The position numbers were made by a program, and so were the translations under genes. From an uncultured Solirubrobacteraceae bacterium (GTDB lineage Bacteria > Actinomycetota > Thermoleophilia > Solirubrobacterales > Solirubrobacteraceae), in NCBI GenBank assembly GCA_963817295.1, contig CAWFOF010000002.1, positions 3,683-67,682 on the forward strand: DNA of 64,000 nucleotides, in the 5' to 3' direction. A model generated the notes under the pieces. The model was not told the origin of the DNA and did not search any database. It saw only the letters and a program-made list of their open reading frames with translations. Below, in pieces: positions 9,489 to 20,712 of the stretch (positions within the stretch are counted from its first letter, which is position 1; the number at the start of each line of letters is the position of its first letter).

Positions 9489-12400
9489 TGCCGAAGCGCC
9501 GACGTGTCGTCGCGCTCGGTGTCCTCCTGCTGGCCCTCGTGCTCGTCCCCACCGTCCTGGTGTTCGGCTCCGCACCCGGCGTGGGCGACGACGCGGTCGC
9601 GCCGACGGCGCTCCCGCTCCTCGGGGTGGCCGATCGCGGCACCACGATGATGGGCGCGGTCACGAGCGGGCCTGCTACCGGTGAGACCTGGGCCTTCCGC
9701 CGCCTCCCGCTCGACACGCCCACCGCCGTCTTTGGCTCGGCGACCCTGGCATACGGGGCTCACGGGTCGGGCTCCACCCCGCCGCAGCTCGCCTTCCTGC
9801 GCCAGTCGGGCGACGAGGGCTGGCAGATCGCGCAGACGCCGCTCGACGAGCACGGCGAGCCGTACCGCGGCCCCAATCCCAATCCGCGCTCGGCGCGGCT
9901 CACGGCGTCAGGCGGAGGCGTGCTCGTCGGGCAGGACGGCGCTCGGCCCGCGTCCTCGCAGCTCGTGGTACTGCGGCGCCAGCCCGGCGGGGTCTTCCGC
10001 GCGCTCGGCGCGCCGCCGCCCGATGTCCTGCTGCCTGCCGACTCGCCCGCCCAGGGTGCGCCGGCCGAGCAGCTCGCCGGTGAGCGCGGCGGGGGCAAGG
10101 TCAACGTCGCGGCCGTCGACCGGGCGGACAAGACGATGCTGTTCTTCGTCCCGGTCGGCCGCGACGTCGAGGGAGCCGTGATCGCGAACGACGGCGGAGA
10201 CGACGCCGCCGCCTGGCGACGCGAGCCGATCACGCTCGGTGCGGAGACGTCGTTCTCGGTCTTCGGCATCGCCGCGACGAGCCCGGAGAACGCCTGGCTC
10301 GTCGCCGGATCCCCCGGTGCGCCCGTACGGCTGATCCACCGCGTGCCGGGCGACTCCCCGACGTGGGACGAACTGAATCTGCCCGCGTCGATCTTCACCG
10401 ATCCGACCGCCGCGACGGCTGCGGGGATCACGAAGGTCGAGCCGCTCGGCGGCCAGGCCCAGACCATCACCGTCACGAACGACGGGGTCTGGCTCGACCT
10501 GCGCCTCACGACCGCCGCCGGGAGCGTCGATGCGACGATCTTCGTACGACCTGGTGCCGCGCTCGCCGATCGGGTCGAGTCCTGGTGCGACCTCGCCACC
10601 TGCGATCACCCGTTCGGGGCGGCGTTCTCGACCACCGACGGCTACCGCAGCTTCGCGTGGCCCGGCGCCGGTGCCGGCACGCGGGTGATCACGAACGCGC
10701 TCAGCCCGTCCCACGACCCGACCAGCGGCCGCGGGACGTACCTCAGCCTCGGCGGCGACGTCTTCCAGCGGATGCCCGGGGGCGGTGTCGTGCTGGCGCC
10801 GAGCGGCGCCTTCTCCGCCCCGGACCGCGGGTGGCTGGAGGGGCCGGTCCAGGTGGGCCAGGTGACGGCGCCACAACTGCTCGCCCGCTGGCCGGTGGCC
10901 CTGCGCGCCGCGCTGACGGCCGCGGTCGGTGCTCCAGGGGCCGGCCCGGGCGACGCGCAGTCGGGGGCGCTCGCGGTCGGCGTGGACGGGGCCGTCGCAC
11001 GCTACGCGCCCGCCACCGGCTGGACGCCGGAGTTCCTGCTGAGCGCGAACGGGAACGTGGCCAAGGCGAATCTGCGCGGCGTCGCGTGGCCGGAGGCCGC
11101 GCGCGCACATGCGGTCGGCGATCTCGGCGCGATGTGGATGTGGCGCGGCGACACGGGACTGTGGGAGCGCGATCCGGCCGCGCCGGTCGGCTTCGAGGGC
11201 AACCTCATGTCGATCGCGTTCGACCCCGCCGACCCGCAGCGCGGGTTCACCGTCGGCAAGCAGGGCGCCGTCATGCACTACGACAAGACCTGGACTCCCG
11301 ACGCACTGCCGGACGGCTTTGAGACCGCGAACTTCACGTCGGTGGCCTTCGCCGGCCGTCAGGCGATCGCCGTCAGCGACCAGGGCGTCATCGTCAACGA
11401 GGCGGGCACGTGGAAACGCGATCCGGGCGTCGATGCGCTGCTCGCGGCGCTCCCGCCCGAGCAGCCGCCGCTGCTCGTGGTCGCGGCGGGCCTCCCGGAC
11501 GGCGGCGCGGTGATCGCCGGCAGGGGCATCGTGATCGAGCGCGACTCGGCGGGGGGGACGTGGCGGTTCGCTCGCCAGCCGCTGCTGGGGCAGACCGTCG
11601 TCGCTGCGGCTGCGCTGCGGGACGGTGACAGCGTCCGTGCGCTCGTGGCCTCGGCCCCGAGCGCGATCTACCCCACGCCCGACCCGTCGATCGAGGTCGA
11701 TCCGAACACCCCGACCCCATTGCTGCCTCCGTTCAGGGTTCCCGGGGACGGGTACGTGCTGCGCGAGACCGCCGCCGGCTGGCGCGACGAGCAGCGGACC
11801 GCGTTCGCCGGCTCGGGTGACGACCGGCCGCTGAAGGCCGATCCGATCCTCTCCTTCGTGGTCTCGCCGTCGGGTGACGGCTGGGCGATCGGGGGCTGGA
11901 GCGGTGACGCGGATTCCGCGGGCCGCGGCACCTCTGCGCGTGGCGCGAACGCGAACGCGGCTCGCGAGCGCGTCCAGACGAGCGGCGTCTACCGCTACAG
12001 CCCTGCCGGCTCGCCGGCCGGGCCCTCGACCGAGACCGCCGCTCCGGTTCCGCTCCCGCCCGGGCCGGTGCGCTTCGCGGTCGGCGGCCACGCGATGTGT
12101 GAGGCCCCGTGCGCCGATCTCGCAAATCAGCAGATCGCGCCGGACCGGATCCTCGGAAGCACACTCGACCTCGCCGCCGGCCTCGCCGCGCGAGACGGCG
12201 GTCCGCGCGCGTTCCTGTACACGGGCGGGCGGGTGAACCCCGCCGCGGGTGCGCTTGGGGACCCGACCGAGGAGGCGCGCTACGGCCAGCTGCTCGGCGC
12301 GCGCCCGAACCTGCCCGTGTTCGGCACCGTCGCCGAGGGCGACGTGGCGGCCGGGGGAACCGCGGCGTTCCGCCAGGCGTTCGCCCGCGCATCAGCCCCG

Positions 12401-13982
12401 TTCGGGGCGACCGCGACACCCGGGGTGGACACGAGCGGCGTCCCGGGACTTCCGACGACGCCCGGCGGCGGCGCGCGAACGCACTACGCCTTCGACTCGA
12501 CCGGGCAGGGCGGAACCGTCCGGGTCGTCGTCATCGACAACTCGAAGGGGTCACTGGCGGCATCGATCCCTTCCAGAATCCGTCCGAGCCGCAGCTCCCC
12601 TGGCTCAGGTCGGTCCTCGACGACGCCAGGGCCGACGGGGTGGCGGCGATCGTCGTCGGCAGCCGCGACCTGAACCCCGGCGCGCGCCCTGCGCTGAACG
12701 TCGCCTCGACGGCGACCAGGTCGCCCAGGTACTGCTGGACCATGGCGCCTCGGCGTACTTCTTCGACCGGCCGGAGGAGAATCGCACCGGCGTCATCCCG
12801 GCGGGAGGCACCACGACGATCCCGGAGTTCGGGACGGGCACCATCGGGTACCGCTCCTCGATCGAGAACGCCGAGAGCATCGGCCGGCCCGATGCGCTGT
12901 TCGGTGACACCGGGTTCCTGCTCGCCGAGGTCAACGCCGCCGCCCGGGACGCCGCCACGAATCGCGCGCCGGTCTCCGTACGGCTGATCCCGGTGATCGA
13001 CAGCCTCTCCCTCAACGCGCTCGACGGAACGCTGCTGCGCCGCAGCCGGCCGGCGTTGTTCCAGGGGCTGGGCCGCAAGCCCGTGGCCGGCGACCGCTGG
13101 GGCCCGTCGACGAGCGACGTTCCGGATCCGGCCGGGTCCAGTCCCTATACGGAGTTCCCACAGGATCGCTGCGACGTCCCCGGCTGCTCGACACGGATCT
13201 CGCCGGAGTACTCGTTCAGCTCGAAGGACCCGGACATCCTCGACTTCGTGCAGCAGGACCACGGCATCGGCCAACCTGCGCAAGCCACTCATCGGCCCAG
13301 GGGACAAGGTCGTCACCGACGCCTCCTCCGGGCTCGTGTGTCCGTTCAACGCAGGCCCGACGACCGTCACCGTCAGCGCGGGCGGCCGAGCCTTCACGAG
13401 CCAGGTGACGTGCTCCCGGGGACGGTTCAGCGGCCATGCGGCACGCGGCCGCTGAGTCCCGACAAGATCCGCCGTCAGGCGGCCGCGGCCGGCGCGCCGG
13501 CGACGCCGCCTCCGCCTGCGAGCGCGCCGCCCGCCGACGTCCTGCCCTCCGTGGTCCCACCCCCGCCGCCTGCTCCGCCGGCGGCGAAGGCTCCGGCGAA
13601 GCCCGTGGTGAAGCCGGAGGTCCCGCTGGCGCTGTTCGGGCCTCTCGCGGCCGCACCCCAGCTGTCGTCCTCCGCTGCCGTCTCGCCGCCGCCGCCACCG
13701 CCGACCTTCTTCGCCAACCCGATTCCGCCCGGGGGCGCGACCGTCCGCGTCCAGGAGGAGAAGCGCGAGGAGGAGATCGCGCCCGAGTCGTCGGCGGCGT
13801 TCGCCACCTACCGCTCGGACGACCGGCTCCCGCTTCAGCCGTTCGTCTTCGGGATCGTGCTGATCGCGGCGCTCGCCGGCATCGGGCTCCGTCTGCCCCG
13901 TCGCCGCGCACCCGCCTACGCGGTGTCGCGCGTTCGCTATGACCAACCCCGAGATCACCGTCTCAGGAGGAGACGCCCATGA
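9485..13982 (+). CDS. Giant (~1500 aa) surface protein: N-terminal anchor, propeller-like repeats, metallophosphoesterase-like segment, Pro-rich region, C-terminal TM helix; several frame switches
   Basis: The ATG at 9485 overlaps the upstream stop (ATGA). The gene is read from ORF 9485..12673, then the 12109..12987 frame (DPFQNPSEPQLPWLRSVLDDARADGVAAIVVGSRD), then the 12249..13982 frame (QVAQVLLDHGASAYFFDRPEENR ... PPPPAPPAAKAPAKPVVKPEVP ... PFVFGIVLIAALAGIGLRLPRRR). Confidence 0.55.
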
Positions 13983-14765
13983 TGCTTCTCCCGCTCCGCT
14001 GCTGCACTGCGCAGCCACGCCTCCGGCGCGGCGCTCCTCATCTCCTGCCTCGCGCTCGTGGCGTCCTTCACCGGAGCCGCCGACGCTGCGCGGAAGGCCG
14101 TCTCGGTGGCAGCACGAAGCCCAAGCCGTTCGGGCTGCTGCGGCTCGGCAAGAACGCGAAGTTCCCGGCCTCCGCGATCCCGACCGTCGGGTCGGCCAAG
14201 CGGCTCGGCACGCTCAAGCCGGCCGACGTGCAGCCACGAGCTGTGACGCCATCACGGTCGACATGGGCACGTGGTGCCTGATGACGAGCACGTTCGCGGT
14301 CCCGCCCGCCGACCAGGGGAAGAACAACTGGTTCTACGCGACGCAGGCCTGCGCAAACGACGGCGGGTACCTCCCGACGGCGGCCCAGCTGGTCGGCGCC
14401 GCCGCGAGCGTCAAGCTCGCCTCGACGATCGACGACAGCCAGCTGACGGCGTCGATCGACCTCGATCCGACCGACGGGCTCAAGGACCGCCGTGAGATGA
14501 GCGCGACGCTCGTCACGACGCAGGCCGGGTCCAGCGCGGCCGGGCGCTCGGTGTCTCCGACGGCTCGAAGGGCAATCCGAAGACCGGCGAGCCCGACCCC
14601 GCGACGCTCCCGGCGGTCCCGGCCCCGGAGACGCTGCAGTACGTGACGGTCTACGACAACAAGGACAAGGGCGGCTTTTCCGGGAGCAAGCCCGTCTCAC
14701 AGCCCGAGGACTTCCGCTGCGCCTACAACAAGCGGCAGGGTCCGCCACGCGGGGGGGAGGGCTGA
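13979..14765 (+). CDS. Small secreted hypothetical protein, multiple frame switches
   Basis: The ATG at 13979 overlaps the upstream stop. Fragments are STKPKPFGLLRLGKNAKFPASAIPTVGSAKRLGTLKPADV (ORF 13979..14281), TVDMGTWCLMTSTFAVPPADQGKNNWFYATQACANDGGYLPTAAQLVGAA (ORF 13939..14646), and a manually read tail ...YVTVYDNKDKGGFSGSKPVSQPEDFRCAYNKRQG with its stop at 14763-14765. Confidence 0.4.
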
Positions 14766-14779
14766 GCGGATCCCCGAAG

Positions 14780-15147
14780 TCAGCGCGAGCTCCCAAGGAA
14801 GTGGGCGACGTCGTCGAGCGCGCCGGGGCGCACGTAGTAGTAGACGAACAGGCCGTGCTTCTCGCTGTCGAGGACGCCGGCGTTGCGCAGCACCTTGAGG
14901 TGGTGGGCGAGCGTCGGCTGGCAGATGTCGAACAGCGGGAGCAGCTCGCACGGGCAGAGCTTGCCGGGGTGCGCGCGCAGCACGTCGACCAGCTGGATGC
15001 GCACCGGGTCGGCCAAGGCCTTGGCCAGCGCGGCGATGCTCGCGCGGCCTGTGCCGAGCTGACGTCGGGCGCGGGCGGCGCGCAGTCGCAGCTGCTCGCC
15101 GGCGGCCCGCTTGCGTCTTGGGGGTGATCTCGAGCTGCGGCTGGCAT
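14780..15147 (-). CDS. arsR: ArsR/SmtB-family metalloregulator (frame switches near the N-terminus)
   Basis: ORF 14780..15253(-) reads IAALAKALADPVRIQLVDVLRAHPGKLCPCELLPLFDICQPTLAHHLKVLRNAGVLDSEKHGLFVYYYV. The N-terminus in the ORF 14068..15147 frame (MPAAARDHPQDASGPPASSCDCAPPAPDV) parallels the CC-containing N-terminus of the second ArsR. Confidence 0.8.
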
Positions 15148-15156
15148 CGGCGTTCA

Positions 15157-15399
15157 CGCCGCCGGCGGCGAGCAGGCGCTTGACGCGCGTCGACGTCGGG
15201 GACGTTGCCGGAGCATGACGGGTGCCGTCGATGGCGAGCGCCGGGGTGCTCATGACGCCGCGCTGCGGCCATCTGCGCGTAGTCGGTGACCTTCTCGACG
15301 CTCGGCGTCCAGGCCGAGCTCGTGCGATGGCCTTGCTGGGTGACGAGCGCGAGCGCCTCGCAGCGCTTGCAGCCGGGGCCGAGGACTTCGGGTGTTCAT
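15157..15399 (-). CDS. Thioredoxin-like small redox protein (redox-active disulfide protein 2 type), heavily frameshifted as assembled
   Basis: Manual translation from the ATG at 15399 gives MNT.EVLGPGCKRCEAL...VEKVTDYAQMAA..GVMSTPALAIDG...NVPDVD..VKRLLAA. The CxxC motif and the VMSTPAL(A/V)IDG motif are present. It is ~80 aa. Several frame switches make the ends approximate. Confidence 0.55.
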
Positions 15400-15418
15400 G
15401 GGTGGCTTTCCTGGTCGG

Positions 15419-16489
15419 TCAGAGGATGAGGTTGAAGAGCAGGCCGATCGCGATGATCGACACGGCGACGGTGGCGGCCCAGATGGCGATCAGCTTCACC
15501 ATCAGCACGCGCCGCAGCAAGCATCATCTCCGGCAGCGACAGCGCGATGACGGCCATCATGAACGCGAGCACCGTGCCCATCGCGACGCCCTTGGCGTGC
15601 AGCACCTGCGATCAGCGGAAGGACGCCGGCGGCGTTCGAGTAGAGCGGCACGCCCATCAGGACGGCGGCGGGCACAGCGAGCGGGTTGTCCGTGCCGGCG
15701 ATCGAGGCGAGCGCGTCGGCCGGCACCCACCCGTGGATGACGGCACCGAGCGCGATCCCGACCAGCAGATAGGGCCAGACCCGTCCGAGGATGTTGCGCA
15801 CCTCGTCGCGCGCGTACGCGAAGCGGTCAGCCAGCTGCAGCCCGACGGCGGGGTCGATGCCCAGGCGGCATGTTCGTCTCGAACACGAACGGCTCGACGT
15901 AGCGCTCGAGGCTCATCCGTCCGAGCACGACGCCGGCGAGGATCGCGATGCTCAGCCCGGAGACGATGTACAGCGCGGCGACCTGACGCCGAACATGCCG
16001 AACAGCAGCACGATCGCGACCTCGTTGACGAGCGGGGAGGCGATCAGGAACGACAGCGTCACACCGAGCGGCACGCCGGCTGAGACAAACCCGATGAACG
16101 CCGGGACCGCCGAACATGAGCAGAACGGGGTCGCGACGCCGAGCGTGGCTGCGAGCACGTTGCCGACACCCTCGCGCCTGCCGCCCAGAAGCGCCCGGGT
16201 GCGCTCGACCGACATGTACGAGCGAAGCACGCGACCGCGAACACGATGCCCGCCAGCAGCAGCAGGATCTTGGTCGTGTCGTAGAAGAAGAACCGCACCG
16301 GCTGCCGACGGGAGCAGTCAGGTCAAGCCCGGCGACGCCACCGAGCAGCCAGTCCCACAGCGGTGCCAGCGCCTTGATGGCCGCAAGCCACAGCACGCCG
16401 AGCACCCCGAGGGTCACGAGCGGATGCCGTCGCGCCATTCGCGGACGGGTGGGCCGCAGTCCGACGTCGAGCGTTGCGCGGGTGGCCAT
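15419..16489 (-). CDS. ArsP-like predicted permease (PF03773-type), frameshifted as assembled
   Basis: Fragments: ORF 15827..16489 N-terminus (HPLVTLGVLGVLWLAAIKALAPLWDWLLG), ORF 16059..16298 (RFFFYDTTKILLLLAGIVFAV), ORF 15952..16230 (GVATPFCSCSAVPAFIGFVSAGVPLGVTLSFLIASPLVNE), ORF 15502..15801 (ILGRVWPYLLVGIALGAVIHGWVP) and ORF 15396..15605 (GVAMGTVLAFMMAVIALSLPEMM). Confidence 0.7.
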
Positions 16490-16500
16490 CCTGCCCCCTC

Positions 16501-16526
16501 AATCTATTGACAACTATCGATAGATT
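16501..16526. promoter_or_regulatory. AT-rich palindrome, candidate ArsR operator in front of the permease gene
   Basis: AATCTAT (16501-16507) and ATAGATT (16520-16526) are inverted. The inner sequence CTATCGATAG (16514-16523) is a perfect palindrome. The site lies between the arsC stop (16534) and the permease start (16489) in otherwise very GC-rich DNA. Confidence 0.5.
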
Positions 16527-16533
16527 AGCACGG

Positions 16534-17172
16534 CTACAGGCGCGCGTCGTCGAGGTCGCGCAGCAGCGCACGTACGCGGTGCTCGATCGCGCCACGGATG
16601 GTGCGGACCACCTCGAGGCTCTGTCCCGCGGGGTCGGGGAGATCCCAGTCCTGGTAGCGCTTCCCCGGATAGACGGGACACGAGTCCCCGCACCCCATCG
16701 TGATGATCACGTCGGCTGCGCGCGCGACCTCGTCCGTGAGCGGCTTGGGGAACGCCACGTCCAGGTCGAGCCCGATCTCGCGCATCGCCTCGGCGACCAC
16801 GGGGTCGACCTCGGCTGAGGGATGGGACCCGGCGGAGCGTGCCTCGATCCGCTCGTCGGAGAGATGCCGCAGCAGCGCGGCGGCCATCTGACTTCGGCCG
16901 GCATTGTGCACGCAGACGAACAGCACCTCCGGCTGCGTCTTGGCGATCAGCCCCTCCGCCTGGCCGAGCGCGCGCAGCCGGTCCCGCGCGAAGCGCTCGG
17001 TGAGCAGCGGCAGATAGATGTCGATCCGCGCGCTGAGGCGCAGCTCGCGGTAGGTCTCGCGCACGAGCCGCTCCACGGTCTGCGGCGAGAGAATGCCGCG
17101 ATACGCCTCTGCAAGCCGCTCGCAGATTGCGCGAAGTTGGGCTTCGTGGGTGCTGGGGCCGGTGGCGTGCAT
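16534..17172 (-). CDS. arsC: Arsenate reductase, LMW-PTP (thioredoxin-coupled) type with ~70-aa N-terminal helical extension
   Basis: Intact ORF of 212 aa. It carries VLFVCVHNAGRSQMAAALL (the CX5R(S) P-loop) and DVIITMGCGDSCP. AAGGAG lies upstream of the ATG. Confidence 0.85.
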   Translation of the reverse strand: MHATGPSTHEAQLRAICERLAEAYRGILSPQTVERLVRETYRELRLSARIDIYLPLLTERFARDRLRALGQAEGLIAKTQPEVLFVCVHNAGRSQMAAALLRHLSDERIEARSAGSHPSAEVDPVVAEAMREIGLDLDVAFPKPLTDEVARAADVIITMGCGDSCPVYPGKRYQDWDLPDPAGQSLEVVRTIRGAIEHRVRALLRDLDDARL

Positions 17173-17205
17173 CAGTGCTCCTTGTCGTCGATGGCGTTTT
17201 GGACG

Positions 17206-18475
17206 TCAGGTGCCGGCGAGCGGGTCGCGGCTGGGACTGCGGCGTGACTGCTCGCTCGGCAGCAGCAGCGAGAGCGCGCCGGCCGCGAGCACGAAGGCCG
17301 ACCGACGCCCACAGGCACGCCTCGAGCCCCTGCCACTGGTAGAGGAGACCGGAGAGGAGCGTCCCGGCGAGCCGCCCGCACGCGTTGGCCATGTAGTAGA
17401 AGCCGACGCTCATCGCCACCTGGTCGCCGTCCGCGTACGCGAGGATCAGGTACGAGTGCACGGCCGAGTTCAGGGCGAACACGATCCCGAACAGGATCAG
17501 CCCGGCGACGAGGACCGTCGTCGGGTCGATGCCGGCGCCGAGCGCGATGGCGATGACGGCGGGGAAGGCCGCGAGCACGAACGCCAGGCGCGCCGCGGTG
17601 CGCCCGTCGGGTGCGCCGTGCTCGGCGCTGCGCTCGCGCACGAGGCGCGGCGCCGACGCCTGCACGATGCCGTAGCCGATCACCCAGACCGCCATGAAGG
17701 TGCCGACCTGCCAGAAGCGTCCAGCCCAGGACGGTGCGCAGGTAGACCGGCAGGCCGACGACGAACCAGACGTCGCGCGAGGCGAAGAGGAAGATGCGCG
17801 CCGCCGCGAGGATGTTCACCGCGCGGTTGTTGGAGAACATGTGGCGGAACTTCGCCTTGGCGTCGCGCGCGGCCGAGGCTGCCGGTCATGAACGGCACGG
17901 TGAGCACGAGCGCGCCGAAGACCATCGCGGCGAGCAGCAGCATCGCGGTCTGGAAGCTCGTGACCGTGAGCAGCAGGCCGCCGAGGAAGAAGCCGACGCC
18001 CTTCAGCGCGTTCTTCGATCCGGTGAGGATCGCCACCCAGCGGTAGAGCGCGCCCGGCGCGTCGTCCGCGACCACGAGCTTCACGGCGCTCTTGGAGCTC
18101 ATCTTCGTGAGGTCCTTCGCGATGCCCGAGAGCGCCTGCGCCGCCATGACGTACCCGACGACGAGCCAGCCGTCGGGCGCCAGGCCGAGCATCAGCAGCG
18201 CGAGCGTCTGGATCAGCAGCCCCATGACGAGCGTCGTGGTGAGGCCGAACCGCGCCGCGAGGAAGCCGCCGACGAGGTTCGTGACGATCCCGAAGATCTC
18301 GTAGAACGCGAAGACCGTCGCGAGCTGGAACGGGGTGTACCCGAGCCCGTAGAAGTAGAAGAGGACGAGCAGCCGGATCGCGCCGTCGGCGATCGTGTCG
18401 GCCCAGTAGGCGGCCGTGACGAGCGCGTAGTTGCGCAGGTCCCCGTCCTGGCGCTTGGCGGCTGCCGGTGCTCAT
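17206..18475 (-). CDS. arsJ: Organoarsenical (1-arseno-3-phosphoglycerate) efflux MFS transporter ArsJ, frameshifted as assembled
   Basis: The manually read N-terminus is DLRNYALVTAAYWADTIADGAIRLLVLFYFYGLGYTPFQLATVFAFYEIFGIVTNLVGG. It continues through ORF 17680..18225, ORF 17172..17840 (NRAVNILAAARIFLFASRDVWFVVGLPVYL) and the ORF 16514..17695 frame (MAVWVIGYGIVQASAPRL...FYYMANACGRLAGTLLSG). It lies 4 nt downstream of a dedicated GAPDH gene. Confidence 0.75.
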
Positions 18476-18479
18476 GGGC

Positions 18480-19497
18480 TCAGCTGAGGCTGCGGGCGAC
18501 GATCGCGGCGAGGTCGACGAGCCGGTTCGCGTAGCCCCACTCGTTGTCGTACCAGGCGAGGATCTTCACCTGCGTGTGGTCGGTGACCTTGGTGGAGAGC
18601 GCGTCGACGATGCCCGACCGCGGGTCGTCCTTGAAGTCGATCGAGACCAGCGGGCGCGTCTCGTAGCCGAGGATGCCGGCGAGCGGCCCGGTCGGCCGCG
18701 GCGGCCTGCGCAGCAGGCCGTTCACCTCCTCGACGGTGGTGGCGCGGGCCACCTCGAACACGCAGTCGGTCAGCGAGGCGTTGAGCAGCGGCACGCGGAT
18801 GGCGAGGCCGTCGAGCCTGCCCTGCAGCTCGGGGAAGATGAGGCCGATCGCGGTCGCCGACCCCGTCGTCGTCGGGATCAGCGACATGCCGGCGGCGCGC
18901 GCCCGGCGCAGGTCCTTGTGCGGCGCGTCGACGATCGTCTGCGTGTTCGTGAGGTCGTGCAGCGTGGTGATCGAGCCGCGGTCGATCCCGAGTCCCTCGT
19001 GGATGACCTTCACGACGGGCGCCAGGCAGTTCGTCGTGCAGGAGGCGGCGGTGACGATGTCGTGGGCGGCCGGGTCGTACCGGTCGTCGTTCACGCCGAC
19101 GACGACGTTCAGCGCGCGGTCGTCCTTGACCGGTGCGGCGACGATGACCTTCCGCACGCCGCGGTCGAAGTAGGGCGCGAGCGTCTCCGGCGTGCGGAAC
19201 GCCCCGGTGCACTCGAGGACGAGATCGACGCCGAGGTCGTCCCACGGCACGTCCCCGGGCGCGGCGTGACCCGTGTACGCGAGCGTCGCGTCCCCGATCG
19301 TCAGCTGGTCGCCGTCGCCGTGCACGCCGCGGTCCCAGCGGCCGTGGACGGAGTCGAAGGTCAGGAGGTGCGCGGCGGTCGCGGCATCGCCGTGCAGCTC
19401 GTTGACGTGGACGACGGTCGAGGTCGTCGCGGTCCCAGGCGGCGCGCAGGGCGAGCCGGCCCATGCGTCCGAAACCGTTGATGGCGATGCGGGTCAC
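18480..19497 (-). CDS. gap: ArsJ-associated glyceraldehyde-3-phosphate dehydrogenase (one frame switch near 19410)
   Basis: [14 protein letters not shown] (ORF 18472..19497) joins ORF 18480..19325, which carries [15 protein letters not shown] and [14 protein letters not shown]. This is the second GAPDH in the window; the housekeeping copy is at 43052. Confidence 0.85.
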
Positions 19498-19543
19498 GTG
19501 GCCCCCTGTCGTGATCGATCGGCTCAGGCTGCTGGGGCGGGTG

Positions 19544-20656
19544 TCACGGGCGCGGCGCCGGTGGGCGCGTCCGTCCGTGCGGCTCAGGCCACCAGCGGCG
19601 CCGCAGCCACAGCGCGACGTAGACGAGGCCGACGAGGACCGGCACCTCGATCAGCGGGCCGACGACGCCGGCGAGCGCCTGACCCGAGGTGGCGCCCCAG
19701 ACGCCGACGGCGACGGCGATCGCCAGCTCGAAGTCGTTGGAGGCGACGGTGAAGGCCATCGTCGCGGTCTTCGGGTAGCCGAGGCTGCATCGCGCGGCCG
19801 ACGCCGAACCCGAGGATCCACATGATCAGGAAGTACGCGAGCAGCGGCAGCGCGATCCGCGCGACGGTGAGCGGGTCGGCGGTGATCGCGTCGCCCTGGA
19901 TGGCGAACAGCAGGACGATCGTGAACAGCAGCCCGTACAGCGTGATCGGCGCGATCCGCGGGATGAACCGCGTCTCGAACCACTCGCGCCCGTGCGTGCG
20001 CAGGCCCCAGCGGCGGGTCAGGTAGCCGGCGGTGAGCGGGATGCCGAGGAAGATCAGGACGGTGCGCGCGACCTCCCAGATCCCGACCTGGAAGCCCTGC
20101 GGTGTCGAGGCCGAGCAGGTCGGGCAGCGCGTTGAGGTAGAACCAGCCGAGCACGCGCGTAGGCGACGACCTGGAAGATCGCGTTGAAGACGACGAGGAC
20201 GGCGGCGCGGTCGTTGTCGCCTGCCGGCGAGGTCGTTCCAGACGAGGACCATCGCGATGCAGCGCGCGAGGCCGACGACGATCACGCCGGTCCGGTACGC
20301 GGGCTCGTCGGCGAGGAAGATCCAGGCCAGCGCGAACATCAGCGCCGGGCCGACGACCCAGGAGAGGAAGAGCGACGACGCCGAAGATGCGGCGGTCGCC
20401 CTGCGCTGCGCATCTTGCCCATGTCCTCGTAGCGGACCTTCGTCAGGACCGGGTACATCATGAGCAGCAGCCCGAGCGCGATGGGCAGGCTGACCGTTCC
20501 GACCTTGAGCTTGTCGAGGCCGTCGTTGAGCCCGGGGATCACCGATCCGAGCGCCAGCCCGGCGGCCATCGCCAGCGCGATCCAGAGCGGCAGGAAGCGG
20601 TCGAGCGTCGACAGCCGGCGAAGGACGGCCTGCTCTTCGGGGGCTGTCGTCGCCAC
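19544..20656 (-). CDS. acr3: ACR3-family arsenite efflux transporter, frameshifted as assembled
   Basis: ORF 20339..20656 reads [26 protein letters not shown]...[14 protein letters not shown]. The ORF 19584..20681 frame reads [20 protein letters not shown]...[17 protein letters not shown]...[16 protein letters not shown] 19544..19759 reads [22 protein letters not shown]...[13 protein letters not shown]. Confidence 0.85.
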
Positions 20657-20674
20657 TGAGTCCGAGACTATCCA

Positions 20675-20712
20675 TTGACAATCGTCATTTCAATCGATAT
20701 TTGTTTATCGAT
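20675..20712 (+). promoter_or_regulatory. Candidate promoter (TTGACA-17-TATTTG) overlapped by an ATCGATA/TATCGAT inverted repeat (candidate ArsR operator)
   Basis: TTGACA at 20675-20680, a 17-nt spacer, then TATTTG at 20698-20703. ATCGATA (20693-20699) and TATCGAT (20706-20712) are inverted. The site is in the divergent acr3 / arsR-arsM intergenic region. Confidence 0.5.

Noticed and set aside
13700-13982. C-terminal TM helix plus RRRR tail of the giant protein as a sortase (LPXTG) sorting signal.
   Set aside because: No LPXTG-like pentapeptide precedes the helix (the sequence is ...YRSDDRLPLQPFVFGIV...), and no sortase gene is in the window. It is treated as a simple tail anchor.
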